DNA of 64,000 nucleotides, from NCBI GenBank assembly GCA_038231275.1, contig JBBRLQ010000006.1, forward strand, positions 96,001-160,000, written 5' to 3'. The notes under the pieces were generated by a model that saw only the letters and a list, made by a program, of their open reading frames with translations, was not told the origin of the DNA and made no database searches. Below, in pieces: positions 1-9,491 of this stretch. Origin of the DNA: Polyangiales bacterium (lineage in GTDB: Bacteria > Myxococcota_A > Polyangia > Polyangiales > Polyangiaceae). Both the position numbers and the translations under genes were made by a program. The number at the start of each line of letters is the position of its first letter. Position 1 is the stretch's first letter.

Positions 1-2
1 TC

Positions 3-80
3 GCGAGCTACCAGATCGCGAACGAACGCTTCGAGATCCTGGACGTGCCGCTCGGCAACAAGATCGCAGGAACGTACTGA
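3..80 (+). CDS. 3' end of a gene entering the window (product unknown)
   Basis: Open frame ASYQIANERFEILDVPLGNKIAGTY* with GC3-rich codons, TGA at 78-80; converges on trmL. Confidence 0.55.
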   Translation, partial: ASYQIANERFEILDVPLGNKIAGTY

Positions 81-89
81 GGCCGAGCC

Positions 90-626
90 TCACCCCATGT
101 GCGTCGGCGCGAGGGCGCCAATTTGGCGGAGCGCCTCGAACAGCGCGATGCCCGTGGCGTTCGCCAGGTTGAGGGAGCGGACCGCGCCGAGCGTCGGGAT
201 GCCGACCACGCGATCGGCATGCGCGTCGAGGAGCTCTTGCGGCAACCCCACGCTCTCGCGGCCGAAGACGAGCGCGTCGCCGGGCGCGTACGCCGCGTCG
301 AGGTAGCTCTTCTCGGCGATCGCGCTGAAGAGGTGGAGCTTGCCGGTGGGCGACTCCTTGCGGAATGCATGCATAAAATGGGCAAAATCCAGGTGCTGCC
401 GCACGTCCACGAGGTGCCAGTAGTCGACGCCGGCGCGGCGCACGCTGTGCTCGTCGATGCGGAAGCCCAGCGTGCCCACGAGGTGGAGCTTGGTCGCCGT
501 CGCCGCGGTGAGGCGCGCGATGTTGCCGGTGTTCGGCGGGATCTCCGGCTCGACGAGGACGACGTGGAGCGGCGCCCCCTTCGGCGTGGCGCGGAGGCGC
601 GGCGCGTTGCCGTGCGGTGTGCTCAT
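90..626 (-). CDS. trmL: tRNA (cytidine/uridine(34)-2'-O)-methyltransferase, SPOUT family
   Basis: Motifs VVLVEPEIPPNTGNIARL, RRAGVDYW, FGRESVGLP, RSLNLA; ATG at 626 overlaps the upstream gene's TGA (ATGA). Confidence 0.93.
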   Translation of the reverse strand: MSTPHGNAPRLRATPKGAPLHVVLVEPEIPPNTGNIARLTAATATKLHLVGTLGFRIDEHSVRRAGVDYWHLVDVRQHLDFAHFMHAFRKESPTGKLHLFSAIAEKSYLDAAYAPGDALVFGRESVGLPQELLDAHADRVVGIPTLGAVRSLNLANATGIALFEALRQIGALAPTHMG

Positions 627-1651
627 GACGGGCCTCGCCACAGCTCGCGCGTGTTGCCCTGCGCGTCGACCTCGACGGCCACGTCGGTGCCGGCGGCGCG
701 CGTGACGTGGAGGACCTTGCCCGTCGAGTCGTTCACGGTGGGGGACATGCCGCAGTCGACGCGAAAGAGGGCGCCGGCTTGCGCGACCGCGATGGCGCCG
801 CGCGGACCGAGGGCGCTGGGATCGTGGCCGAAGACGACGTGCGATGCCCCGATGGCCGCGAGGTTCCTCGGCGCGACGGCGACGTCGTCATACCAGCTGC
901 GTGACTCGAGGATGGAGTCGCTGCCCGTGAACGCCGCGTCGTCGTAGTCGCGATGCAGATCGAGCGCCGCCCCGAGCGTCGCTTGGAGCTCGGCGATCGA
1001 GTGGCCGTGCGTGTCTCCCGCGTGCGCGAAGAACCATCCGCCGACCCGCGCCGCGAACGCGCGATCGCGGAGCCACTGCCCGCGCGGATCCTTCCCGCTC
1101 GCGATCGCCACCGGATCGACGCCGCGCGCGCGGAGCTCTTTGTCGAAGCCATCCGAGCCATCCGCCTTGGAGTTGCCGGGATCGGCGAAGAACTCCGCTT
1201 CGTGGTTGCCGACGAGGACTACGACGAGGCCGCCCTTCTCTTTCGCGCGCGCCTCCAGCGCCATCAGCAAATCGATCACCTCGAGCGGCTGCGGTCCCTT
1301 GTCGACGAGATCGCCGGCGACGACGAGGACGCCGGCGCCCGCAGCCCACGCGGGGCTCGCGGGATCCGGCGGGACGGCCGCAAGGACGCCGGCGCCGGTC
1401 AGGAGCGCGGCGAGGCGATCGTACCCGCCGTGCGGATCGCTGACGGCGTAGAGGTCGGCGGCGGCGGTCGCGTCGACGACGGCGGGGTGCGCCGCCCAGT
1501 CACGCGGCGGGCTCACGACGGTGTAGGCCGTCTTCGTGTGCGAACCGCACGCGCCCGAGAGGAGCGCGGCGCAAGTCAATCCAAAGACGACGTTCCTCGA
1601 GATGCTCACTTGGCTTGACGTGCCCCGAGCGCGGAACGTAGCCTCGCGCAT
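623..1651 (-). CDS. Calcineurin-like metallophosphoesterase lipoprotein (Shewanella-like phosphatase type); start uncertain
   Basis: SDPHG, GDLVDKG, GNHE, FAHAG, GHD and VDCG motifs; lipobox LSGAC. Confidence 0.85.
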   Translation of the reverse strand: MREATFRARGTSSQVSISRNVVFGLTCAALLSGACGSHTKTAYTVVSPPRDWAAHPAVVDATAAADLYAVSDPHGGYDRLAALLTGAGVLAAVPPDPASPAWAAGAGVLVVAGDLVDKGPQPLEVIDLLMALEARAKEKGGLVVVLVGNHEAEFFADPGNSKADGSDGFDKELRARGVDPVAIASGKDPRGQWLRDRAFAARVGGWFFAHAGDTHGHSIAELQATLGAALDLHRDYDDAAFTGSDSILESRSWYDDVAVAPRNLAAIGASHVVFGHDPSALGPRGAIAVAQAGALFRVDCGMSPTVNDSTGKVLHVTRAAGTDVAVEVDAQGNTRELWRGPS

Positions 1652-1712
1652 GGTGGCGTGCAATGTCGTGCGCCGGCATTTTCTCGGCGGACCCACGTAC
1701 TCGGAGCATCGC

Positions 1713-2846
1713 TTGCGGACGATTAGACGCGTCCTCCTCGCATCGACAATCCTCTGGTCCGGAGCCGCGGCGCTCACGGCGGCGGACGCGCGCGCGGCCG
1801 GGATGGATCCGACCCCCGAGCGCCTCGTGCTTCAGCCCGGCGGCATCCCGAATGGGACGACGTGCCAGGCGATCGCCGCCAACCCGCAGGGCTTCGTCAA
1901 CGCGAACCCCGGTCACTCGCCGAACACGTTCGGCTGCCGCCCCGACGACGTCGCCTTCGCGAACATGGTGAGCGAGCTCGGCTTCGCGATCGCGCCGACG
2001 GCGTTCCACCCCGCGCGTACGACCGGCATCGGCGGCTTCGCCCTCACGCTCGAGGCGAGTTACACGAAGATCAACGCCGACGCGTTCAGCAAGGCCGCCG
2101 ACGGCACGATGACGCAGTACTGGCACAAGGGCACGCAGGGCTCGGTCGATCCGAACACCAAGCAATTCTCCACCGAGAACAACGGCCCCGACTCGCTGCT
2201 TCAGGTGTATTCGCTCAAGGCACGCAAGGGCCTCCCCTTCGGCTTCGAGCTCGCGGGCGCGCTCGGCACGCTGGCGAACACGTCGATGTGGGTCACTGGC
2301 GCGGACATCCGATGGTCCTTGCTGGAAGGCTTTCGCACCGGCGCGCTCGGCGTCCTCCCCGACGTCGCGGTCGGCAGCGGCGTGCGCACGCTGATGGGCA
2401 CGTCGAAGTTCCACCTCACGACCGTCGGCATCGACGCGCAAGTGTCGAAGCCGATCCCGCTCGCCGACTCGTCGATCCTCACGCCGTACGTCGGCTACCA
2501 GCGCCTCATCATCTTCGGCGACTCGGTCGTGGTCGACACGACGCCGAACGTCGACCCGCTCAAGCAGTGCGGCTACCAAGGCCCCGACAAGAACACCGGC
2601 GAGCCGCGTTGCGCGAACAAGCTCTCGAACGGGCAATCGAACGACGGCGACTTCAACAACAACGTCACGTTCGCGAAGGTCCGCACGCATCGGCACCGCG
2701 GAATCTTCGGCTTGAGCTACCGCTACGAGGTCCTGTATCTCGCGAGCCAGTTCCTCATCGATCTCACGCCGCCCAGCGACGAGAACCCCGGTCTCAGCGA
2801 CACACGACAGTGGACGTTCTCCCTCGAAGCCGGCGTTTTCTTCTGA
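1713..2846 (+). CDS. Probable outer-membrane beta-barrel protein; start uncertain
   Basis: Signal peptide ending ARA, amphipathic beta-strand pattern, C-terminal WTFSLEAGVFF (terminal Phe). Confidence 0.7.
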   Translation: MRTIRRVLLASTILWSGAAALTAADARAAGMDPTPERLVLQPGGIPNGTTCQAIAANPQGFVNANPGHSPNTFGCRPDDVAFANMVSELGFAIAPTAFHPARTTGIGGFALTLEASYTKINADAFSKAADGTMTQYWHKGTQGSVDPNTKQFSTENNGPDSLLQVYSLKARKGLPFGFELAGALGTLANTSMWVTGADIRWSLLEGFRTGALGVLPDVAVGSGVRTLMGTSKFHLTTVGIDAQVSKPIPLADSSILTPYVGYQRLIIFGDSVVVDTTPNVDPLKQCGYQGPDKNTGEPRCANKLSNGQSNDGDFNNNVTFAKVRTHRHRGIFGLSYRYEVLYLASQFLIDLTPPSDENPGLSDTRQWTFSLEAGVFF

Positions 2847-3376
2847 GAGGGCCGATCGCGCTCTCCGCGGTCGTGCTGCTCGCCGGCGCCGTCGCAGCGG
2901 CGTGCGGCGGATCGAAGAAGGAGGGGCTCGTCGGCGTCTCGACGGCGACGCACCCTCCGCGCCCCGTCGTGAAGGACGGCGGCGCGCTCCCGGGCGACGC
3001 GGGCATCCCCGCCGACTACGAGACGTCGTTCGCGAAGGTGAGCACGACGCGCTTCGTCTCGAACGGTCACGCGACCGGCCGATGGGACGTGGACGTGCTC
3101 GCGAACGACGCGGCGAAGGAGCCGCTCGCATCGGGCCACGGCGACGTCCCGGTCGGCGCGAAGATCATCGAGGTCCACTACGAGCGCGCGGGCGCCGGAG
3201 GCCGCGGGCCGCTCATGATGATGGAGAAGCGAGAAAAAGGCTTCGATTCGGATCACGGCGACTGGCGCTACGTCGTCGTCGCGTCGACCGGCGAGCTCGT
3301 GAAGGACGGCGCAATCGAGTCGTGCGCCGGCTGCCACGACGACGCGCCGCATGATCACCTGTTCAAGGTGCAGTAA
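2843..3376 (+). CDS. Cytochrome P460/c'-beta family lipoprotein; start uncertain
   Basis: Lipobox AAAC, MMEKREKGFDSDHGDWRY, C-terminal CAGCH heme motif then DHLF. Confidence 0.8.
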   Translation: MRGPIALSAVVLLAGAVAAACGGSKKEGLVGVSTATHPPRPVVKDGGALPGDAGIPADYETSFAKVSTTRFVSNGHATGRWDVDVLANDAAKEPLASGHGDVPVGAKIIEVHYERAGAGGRGPLMMMEKREKGFDSDHGDWRYVVVASTGELVKDGAIESCAGCHDDAPHDHLFKVQ

Positions 3377-3454
3377 AGGCGGGCGACTCCGCGGCTAGAG
3401 CGAACGTCGTTTGCACGGAACGGGCAGACGACGGTAGCGACCCACAAGGGGGCT

Positions 3455-4285
3455 CTAGAACGAGAGGACGATGCCGAACGCGGCGGCGACGATGAGGAGC
3501 GCGCCTACCAGCGTCGCGATGACGGCTGCGACGTACGAGGTGCCGAGCGCGCGATCGGCGGCCGGGCCGACGAGGCGGTAGCAGCCGCGGAGGAACGCGC
3601 GCGAGCTCTTCGTGGGCACGCTCGACACGTGCATCGAAACCCACGCCCCGAGGCCCTTCTTCACGCCGAGGATCACCGCGCCGACCGGCCCCTGCACGAG
3701 ATCCCAACCGGCCGCGTAGAGCCCAAAGCGGAGCGCGCGCGTCGCGGCGGCACGTCCACCGTTCTTGCGCGCGCCGACGTCGAGCGAAAATCCGTGCGCG
3801 GCGTGCGCGACGACGAGGAGGAGCGCGAGCGCGGGGACGCCGGTCGCGAAGATGCGCAGCGCCAGATCGCGCGCGGTGGGATCGAGCGCGACGTGCTTCA
3901 GCCACGCAGGCGCGAGCGCACCCGCGAAGGCGACGACGAGGAGCGAGATCGCGCCGGCTGCGATGAGCTCGCATAGCATCGCGAACTTGAGCGCCGGCGT
4001 GATGGGGCCGTCGGGCAGGAGCTCGAAGAACGCCTCCGCGTCGCGCGTGGCCGCGTGCGCCGTCTCCCACAGCTTCGGCAACACACGACCGCCAGGCCGC
4101 TCCCACGCGACGATCGTCACGACGCCGGAGCGCGAGAGCTCGCTCTGGCACCCCGGACAGTCCGAGTCGCCGCACAGAGCGCAGACGACGGCCGCGGGGA
4201 CGTCGACGTCGAGCTCGGACTCGCGTGCGCGGAGCTCCGGATCCGACGGGCTTTTTCGCGCGGGCGCCGTCATGGCGTACACCAT
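3455..4285 (-). CDS. Hypothetical polytopic membrane protein with N-terminal Cys4 motif
   Basis: CALCGDSDCPGC followed by several hydrophobic helices; GC3-rich codons. Confidence 0.7.
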   Translation of the reverse strand: MVYAMTAPARKSPSDPELRARESELDVDVPAAVVCALCGDSDCPGCQSELSRSGVVTIVAWERPGGRVLPKLWETAHAATRDAEAFFELLPDGPITPALKFAMLCELIAAGAISLLVVAFAGALAPAWLKHVALDPTARDLALRIFATGVPALALLLVVAHAAHGFSLDVGARKNGGRAAATRALRFGLYAAGWDLVQGPVGAVILGVKKGLGAWVSMHVSSVPTKSSRAFLRGCYRLVGPAADRALGTSYVAAVIATLVGALLIVAAAFGIVLSF

Positions 4286-4369
4286 GGCTCCATCCGCCGA
4301 GGGAGGCCAGATAACTTACGCGCAGCGGCGCGTACACTCGGGGCGAAGGTGCGCGACACGTGCGCGCGC

Positions 4370-4445
4370 TCAGGAGCGTTTCGCTTCGCTTCACTTCAGC
4401 GGTCAGGAGCGTTTCGCTCCGCTGCGCTTCGCTTCACTTCAGTGG
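4370..4445. repeat. Imperfect tandem direct repeat, two copies, GCTTC-rich (REP-like)
   Basis: TCAGGAGCGTTTCGCTTCGCTTCACTTCAGCGG (4370-4402) then the same unit with a 10-nt insertion (4403-4445). Confidence 0.8.
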
Positions 4446-5065
4446 AGATCTTGTCCCCTCGAAGTTCCACGCGCGACCTTGATGTCGTCGACGCTCCCTC
4501 CCAGGCGCAGCGACACGAGCGCCGCGAGGATCGAGACCGCGAGCGTCGCGAAGAGCGGCCACCCGTACACGAAGCGCAGCGGCACGATCCCTCCGCTCGG
4601 CGGACGCGCGAGGAGGATCGCGACCGTGACTCCGGGGATCGCGCTCAAGAACGCCGCCGCGACGCGCGCGCCTCGCATCTGAAAAATGCTGCGCCGGCTC
4701 AGCACCGTCGGCACGAGCACGACCCACGCGACGCCGGACGCCCACACCCACCCGAGCCGTCCGCGCGCGAGATCGAAGCCGGTGATCGCGAGCTCGTACG
4801 GCAGGCTCATCCGAATCCATGGCAGGAAGAACACGAGGAGACCGACGACGCCGAGCACGCCGAGGAGGCCCTTGCCGCGACCCATGTAGGTTGCAGGCAA
4901 CGGCTCGTGCTCCGGCAGGGCGGGGACGTCGTCGAGATCGTCGTGCAGGTGCGCGGCCTTCGGGAGCTTCGAGAACTCGGTGAGGGCGACGCCGCAGACT
5001 GGGCAGGTCTCTTCTTCCCCTTCTTCGAACATCTCACGGCAAAAGGGGCAGGCGACGAGGGCCAT
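4439..5065 (-). CDS. Zinc-ribbon membrane protein (hypothetical)
   Basis: MALVACPFC...CPVCG then about four hydrophobic helices. Confidence 0.75.
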   Translation of the reverse strand: MALVACPFCREMFEEGEEETCPVCGVALTEFSKLPKAAHLHDDLDDVPALPEHEPLPATYMGRGKGLLGVLGVVGLLVFFLPWIRMSLPYELAITGFDLARGRLGWVWASGVAWVVLVPTVLSRRSIFQMRGARVAAAFLSAIPGVTVAILLARPPSGGIVPLRFVYGWPLFATLAVSILAALVSLRLGGSVDDIKVARGTSRGQDLH

Positions 5066-5161
5066 GGGGGAAGGGTCGCGTGGCGGCGGGGCGGAAGCAA
5101 ATGGAACACGGGGCATGTCACTCGAGGTGACACGCCCCGCGGCCGGGAGTTCCCGGATGGG

Positions 5162-6706
5162 CTAGTTGTGGGCCGCGCTCACGCCAGAGGCCGCGGGTGG
5201 CACGCCTCCCCCGCCGCTCCCCGCCGCACCAGGGATCCACGTCAAGCTTGCCCCCTCCGTGAACGTGCCGCCGCCACCGGTGTAATAACCGTAGGTGGAG
5301 CCTCCGCTCCCACCCCCGCCCTTTCCCCCGACGCTGCCGGCAGCTCCGGCTGTTCCGATCGAGCCCGCTACGACCTTCGTCACCGGTGAGCTCACATAGC
5401 AATCGGTGCCGGCCGGTGGCCTCACACTGCAGGTTCCAGAGCTCGTGCAGTTTTGCGAGCCCCCTTGGGCGCCCGCGGAAGGAGTGCCGGGCGGCCCACC
5501 ATTGCCTCCCGGAGCCCCGACCCCGCCCGCGCGGGGTATGAGATGAGTGTAGCTCGCGCTCACGGATGCCCCGCCCCAGACGAAAACGGCGACGCTGCTT
5601 CCCCCGCCCGTGCCTGGTGTGCCTGGCCCGCCTCCTCCGCTGCCGCAGCCCGGAATGCCCGGGTCACCACACACTTGAATGTTCGGCGGCATCGAGCACG
5701 GGGGCGACTCGTTCGAGCACGCGACGCTGTCGACGCACGACATGCAGTTGAGCGCGCCCACGGTCCCGTTGCCTCCCGCACCGCCGGCACCGCCGGTCGA
5801 TCCATTGGTTGCACCATATCCGGCAGAGGTGAACATACCCGCAAGCGCGCCGGCGCCCGGCGTTCCAGCAGCCGGTGTGACGGGAGACCCCGCCGAACAA
5901 CTGCCGGGCGCGTTCGCGCCGGTTGACCCTAGGATGCCCGGGTTCCCGTCCGCACCAGGCCCAGGCTCAACGTTCACCGACACCAGCGTTAGCTTCGTGG
6001 TGGCCCCGCTCGCGAAGATTCCGTAATTGGACGCGCTCTTCGTAACCTGATTGTTGCCGAGCAACCTTAGGAGCTGGAGCGTGAACGTGCCGCTGTTGTT
6101 CGCCGTGACGATGGCGGGCGCGCCGGCGGGAGCCTCGATGACGGGAATCGCGGACCCGTCGCAGACGTGCGTCCACGTCCCTCCCTTTCGCCTCCAACCG
6201 CCCTGAATCGTGATGCCGAGGGCTTGTCCCGTGCTCAGCGTGAGCGCCTCCTTGTAGGTGCCTTCGTCGACGTAGATGATCGTGCGCCCGAACTTCGCCG
6301 CGTGTCCGAGAGCGCCTTGAATCGACGGGCACGGCGTCGACGTGGAGCAGCCGTTCTGCGTGCTCGGGTCGCCGGTTCCAGTGGTGGAGACAACGGACCC
6401 AACGACGTCGCTCGGGACGTCGCTACATCCGGAGTCGCCGGCGTCCGGCAGGTCGACCGGAGCGTCCGGAGGTGCGGTGTCCGCGCTTCCCTCGAAGACC
6501 GTACCGCCGTCGTCCGGCGGCGGCGCGCTGTCGCGGAGGCTCGTCTCGGCGCCAGTGTCCTCACCGCTGCTCCCGTCATCGACGGTCGCATCGGGCTGAA
6601 CGGTCCCCGAATCGGGATCCGTCGCCGCGAAATTCGAGGAGCCGCATGCAACGGCCGCAGCCGCGGCGGCGATCGCGAAGAGGAAGAACCACGCCTGTTT
6701 GGTCAT
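5162..6706 (-). CDS. Gly/Cys-rich PE-PGRS-like surface lipoprotein
   Basis: Lipobox AVAC, Asp/Pro linker, PCPSIQGAL...IYVDEGTYKE beta-helix-start motif, long GGxGGxG tracts. Confidence 0.75.
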   Translation of the reverse strand: MTKQAWFFLFAIAAAAAAVACGSSNFAATDPDSGTVQPDATVDDGSSGEDTGAETSLRDSAPPPDDGGTVFEGSADTAPPDAPVDLPDAGDSGCSDVPSDVVGSVVSTTGTGDPSTQNGCSTSTPCPSIQGALGHAAKFGRTIIYVDEGTYKEALTLSTGQALGITIQGGWRRKGGTWTHVCDGSAIPVIEAPAGAPAIVTANNSGTFTLQLLRLLGNNQVTKSASNYGIFASGATTKLTLVSVNVEPGPGADGNPGILGSTGANAPGSCSAGSPVTPAAGTPGAGALAGMFTSAGYGATNGSTGGAGGAGGNGTVGALNCMSCVDSVACSNESPPCSMPPNIQVCGDPGIPGCGSGGGGPGTPGTGGGSSVAVFVWGGASVSASYTHLIPRAGGVGAPGGNGGPPGTPSAGAQGGSQNCTSSGTCSVRPPAGTDCYVSSPVTKVVAGSIGTAGAAGSVGGKGGGGSGGSTYGYYTGGGGTFTEGASLTWIPGAAGSGGGGVPPAASGVSAAHN

Positions 6707-6817
6707 TGGAAGAAAACCCCGCATCTCTCTACAAGTACCAACGTTTCGCGCGAGGTCCAAGCTTGTGCCGCGTTCGCGACTTGTGCAATCCGGCGCGTCT
6801 TCCTACGCTCGTCGATC

Positions 6818-7108
6818 ATGGTGCGTCCTTCCAAGCTCCCACTGGCATCAGTCGTCGACTGGCTCGCGTCCCACCCCGGGTGGACACGCGACGGCGAGAC
6901 CTCGGTGAGCCGCAGCTTCAAATTCCCTGACTTCGCGAGCGCGCTGGGCTTCGCGGTCAAGGTGGGGTGCGCGGCGGAGAAGCGCGACCATCACCCGGAC
7001 CTGGAGCTCGGGTGGGGAAAGGCCCGGGTCGTCTGGTCGACGCACGACGCGGGCGGCATCACGCAGCTCGATCTCGATCTCGCGGAGGCGACGGACAAGC
7101 TTGTCTGA
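6818..7108 (+). CDS. phhB: Pterin-4-alpha-carbinolamine dehydratase
   Basis: FKFPDFASALGF, AEKRDHHPD, WSTHDAGGITQLD. Confidence 0.92.
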   Translation: MVRPSKLPLASVVDWLASHPGWTRDGETSVSRSFKFPDFASALGFAVKVGCAAEKRDHHPDLELGWGKARVVWSTHDAGGITQLDLDLAEATDKLV

Positions 7109-7811
7109 CGAGGAGGAGCAGCTCGCCCTGGCGCGCACAACGCTGCGCGCGATGATCGTCGCGCTCGTCGGCGAAGGTGAGCTGCCGCGGTTCGAAGAGG
7201 CGCTGACGCACACGAGCTTCGCGAACGAGACGAAGGCGCGCGACAACCAGCGCCTCGAGTTCTTGGGGGACGCGGTGCTCGGGCTCTGCGTGAGCGAGCT
7301 CCTGACGGCGGCGCATCCGGACGCGGACGAAGGGGCGCTCACGCGGATGCGCGCGGCGCTCGTCAACGCGGAGGCGCTCGCGCGGTGGGCGCGCGCCGTG
7401 GACCTGGGCGCGTCGCTGGCGCTGGGGCGCGGCGCGCGCGCGGGAAACGAGCGGGAGCAGACCAACGTCCTCTCCGACGCGGTCGAGGCGATCGTCGCGG
7501 CGGTCTACGAGGCGCGGGGGCTCGACGGCGCGCGGGCGGTCGTCCGCGAGGTGGTGCGCGCCCCGATGGCGCACTCCGAGACGCTTGGCGTCCGCGATCC
7601 GAAGAGCCTCCTTCAGGAGAAGGTTCAGGCCGAAGGCCGCATCGCGCCGCAGTACCGCGTCGTCTCCACGAGCGGCCCCGCGCACGAGCAGCTCTTCGTC
7701 GTCGAGTGCGTGGTGGCGACCGAAGTGATCGGCCGCGGCGAGGGTCGTTCGAAGCGACTCGCCGAGCGTGCGGCGGCGCTCGCGGCCCTGTCGATGCGCG
7801 GCCCCGATTGA
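7101..7811 (+). CDS. rnc: Ribonuclease III
   Basis: ALTHTS, NQRLEFLGDAVL signature, SDAVEAIVAA, C-terminal dsRBD (DPKSLLQE...GPAHEQLF...SKRLAE). Confidence 0.96.
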   Translation: MSDEEEQLALARTTLRAMIVALVGEGELPRFEEALTHTSFANETKARDNQRLEFLGDAVLGLCVSELLTAAHPDADEGALTRMRAALVNAEALARWARAVDLGASLALGRGARAGNEREQTNVLSDAVEAIVAAVYEARGLDGARAVVREVVRAPMAHSETLGVRDPKSLLQEKVQAEGRIAPQYRVVSTSGPAHEQLFVVECVVATEVIGRGEGRSKRLAERAAALAALSMRGPD

Positions 7812-7829
7812 GCGATCGAGAAGGACGCG

Positions 7830-8825
7830 CTACTTCGGAGGAGGAGGAGCCGGCGTCGTGGGAGGGACCTGACCGGGCCGCCCGCGCGTCATCACCGTCC
7901 CCGCGCCGGCCGACAGATCGATCGCGTTCACGAGATCGGGGTTCAGCTCCTTCAGCTCGCGCGTGCGCAGTTCGGCGAGGAGCTTGGTCTGCGCCTCTTC
8001 GAGCTTCTGCTTGAAGAGCGTGTCGCGGATTTGCTCTTTGACTTCGTCGACGCCGCGCCGCATCGCGCCGACGGTCCCGCGCCGCCAGACCACCGAAAAA
8101 TACGCCCCTTCGGGCACCGGCGCCGGCACGAGCTCGCCGTCCTTCATGGCTTGCGCGGCCTTGAGCACGGCGGGATCGGCCTTGAGGCCGGCCTCGTTCG
8201 ACGCGCCGTCGGGGCCCAAGAATCCCAGGTTGCCGCCGCGCATGCTCGTCGCCTTGTCGAGGCTGTGATCGCGCGCGAGCTGCATGAAGCCGGTCGGCGT
8301 CGTGTCCTTCTTCGCCGCGTCGAGGACCGACGCCGCCTCCTCGCGCGAGCGGCAGAGGATGCGCCAGACCGAGACGCGCTCCGGCGTGTCGTAGTGGTCG
8401 AGGTGCTGCGTGTAATATGCACGCACTTCGTCCATCGAGATCTCGCTGGCGCGGCCGATGCGCTCGCGCGTCGCGCGCTGCGTGGCGTTCGACATGGCGC
8501 GGAGGCGTGCGTGCTCCAGCGCGATGTCGTCGAGCGCGCTCTTGTCCTCGGCGCCGCGCGCGAAGAGGACCTCGGGGACGATGACGTCGTTCAGGAACTT
8601 GCGGCGCACCGCGTCCGGCGAATCGCCGAAGGTCTGCAGCTGGAAGCGGGGCACGCCGGCGAGGCGATCCTCGAGCTCCCCCGCGGTGACCGTTCGGTCG
8701 CCGATCTTCGCGACGACGGCAGCGCGACGGGCCTTCTCCGCCTCGTCCATGCCGGCGCGCGGCGCACCGCCCGTGATCGTCATCACCGCGGCGAGGAGGG
8801 AGAGAGAGGCGAGGCGCGTCTTCAC
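7830..8825 (-). CDS. Parvulin-type peptidyl-prolyl isomerase (PrsA/SurA-like)
   Basis: Signal peptide, VVAKIGDRTVT, ARDHSLDKATSMRGGNLG rotamase motif. Confidence 0.85.
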   Translation of the reverse strand: MKTRLASLSLLAAVMTITGGAPRAGMDEAEKARRAAVVAKIGDRTVTAGELEDRLAGVPRFQLQTFGDSPDAVRRKFLNDVIVPEVLFARGAEDKSALDDIALEHARLRAMSNATQRATRERIGRASEISMDEVRAYYTQHLDHYDTPERVSVWRILCRSREEAASVLDAAKKDTTPTGFMQLARDHSLDKATSMRGGNLGFLGPDGASNEAGLKADPAVLKAAQAMKDGELVPAPVPEGAYFSVVWRRGTVGAMRRGVDEVKEQIRDTLFKQKLEEAQTKLLAELRTRELKELNPDLVNAIDLSAGAGTVMTRGRPGQVPPTTPAPPPPK

Positions 8826-8856
8826 GCCGCTCGTTTACCACGGCGGCGGCCCGAGA

Positions 8857-9318
8857 TCAGCGCCTCTTCTTGGCGCGGCGCGCGGCGTCCACCTCGACGA
8901 CACCGGCGGTCCGGAGCACCTCCTCGCCGATGCCGACGAAGCGGTACACCTCGGGCCGGAACGCGTACGCCTTGTGGAGCCGGCCGACGACGTCGACCAT
9001 CGACTCGGGGGGCAGGTTGCTCTTCCGCATCTTGGCGACCTTGCGGATCGAGCTCAGGGGCTCGCCGAGATCCATCAGCTCCTGGACGCGCTGGAGGACG
9101 TCGAGGGGCTTGAGCTCTCGGGAGCCGCGGGCCACGCCGTCCTCGAGCTCCTTCATCAGGCGCTTGCGACGCTTCTCGGTGCGGCCGTCCAGCTTGCCGG
9201 CGCCGGCGCCTCCGCCTCCGAGCACGTCGTTGAACATGCGCGCGGCGCGGCGTTTCTCGATCGCCTCCGGGCTACCTCGGCGGTTCGGCGCCTTCGACAG
9301 GGGCTTCGACTTGGCCAT
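8857..9318 (-). CDS. Basic cytoplasmic hypothetical protein
   Basis: ATG at 9318, 153 aa, Lys/Arg-rich, strong GC3 bias. Confidence 0.75.
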   Translation of the reverse strand: MAKSKPLSKAPNRRGSPEAIEKRRAARMFNDVLGGGGAGAGKLDGRTEKRRKRLMKELEDGVARGSRELKPLDVLQRVQELMDLGEPLSSIRKVAKMRKSNLPPESMVDVVGRLHKAYAFRPEVYRFVGIGEEVLRTAGVVEVDAARRAKKRR

Positions 9319-9491
9319 CTCTACGCGAGTATCACACCGCCCATTCAATCGCGCAACTTCGGCGAAACAAACCGGGCGAGACGGCTCTTCAATGCTTCCT
9401 CTATGACAGCTCGTTCCGAAGGAACGACTGCCATATGCCTCTTGTGGGTCGTCTCCGTCGTTTGCCCGGGGACGGTCAAACGACTTCTGCT

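Noticed and set aside
6745..6775. Possible sigma54 promoter for the PGRS-like gene (minus strand CGGCACAAGCTTGGA)
   Set aside because: Lacks the GC at -12 with correct spacing
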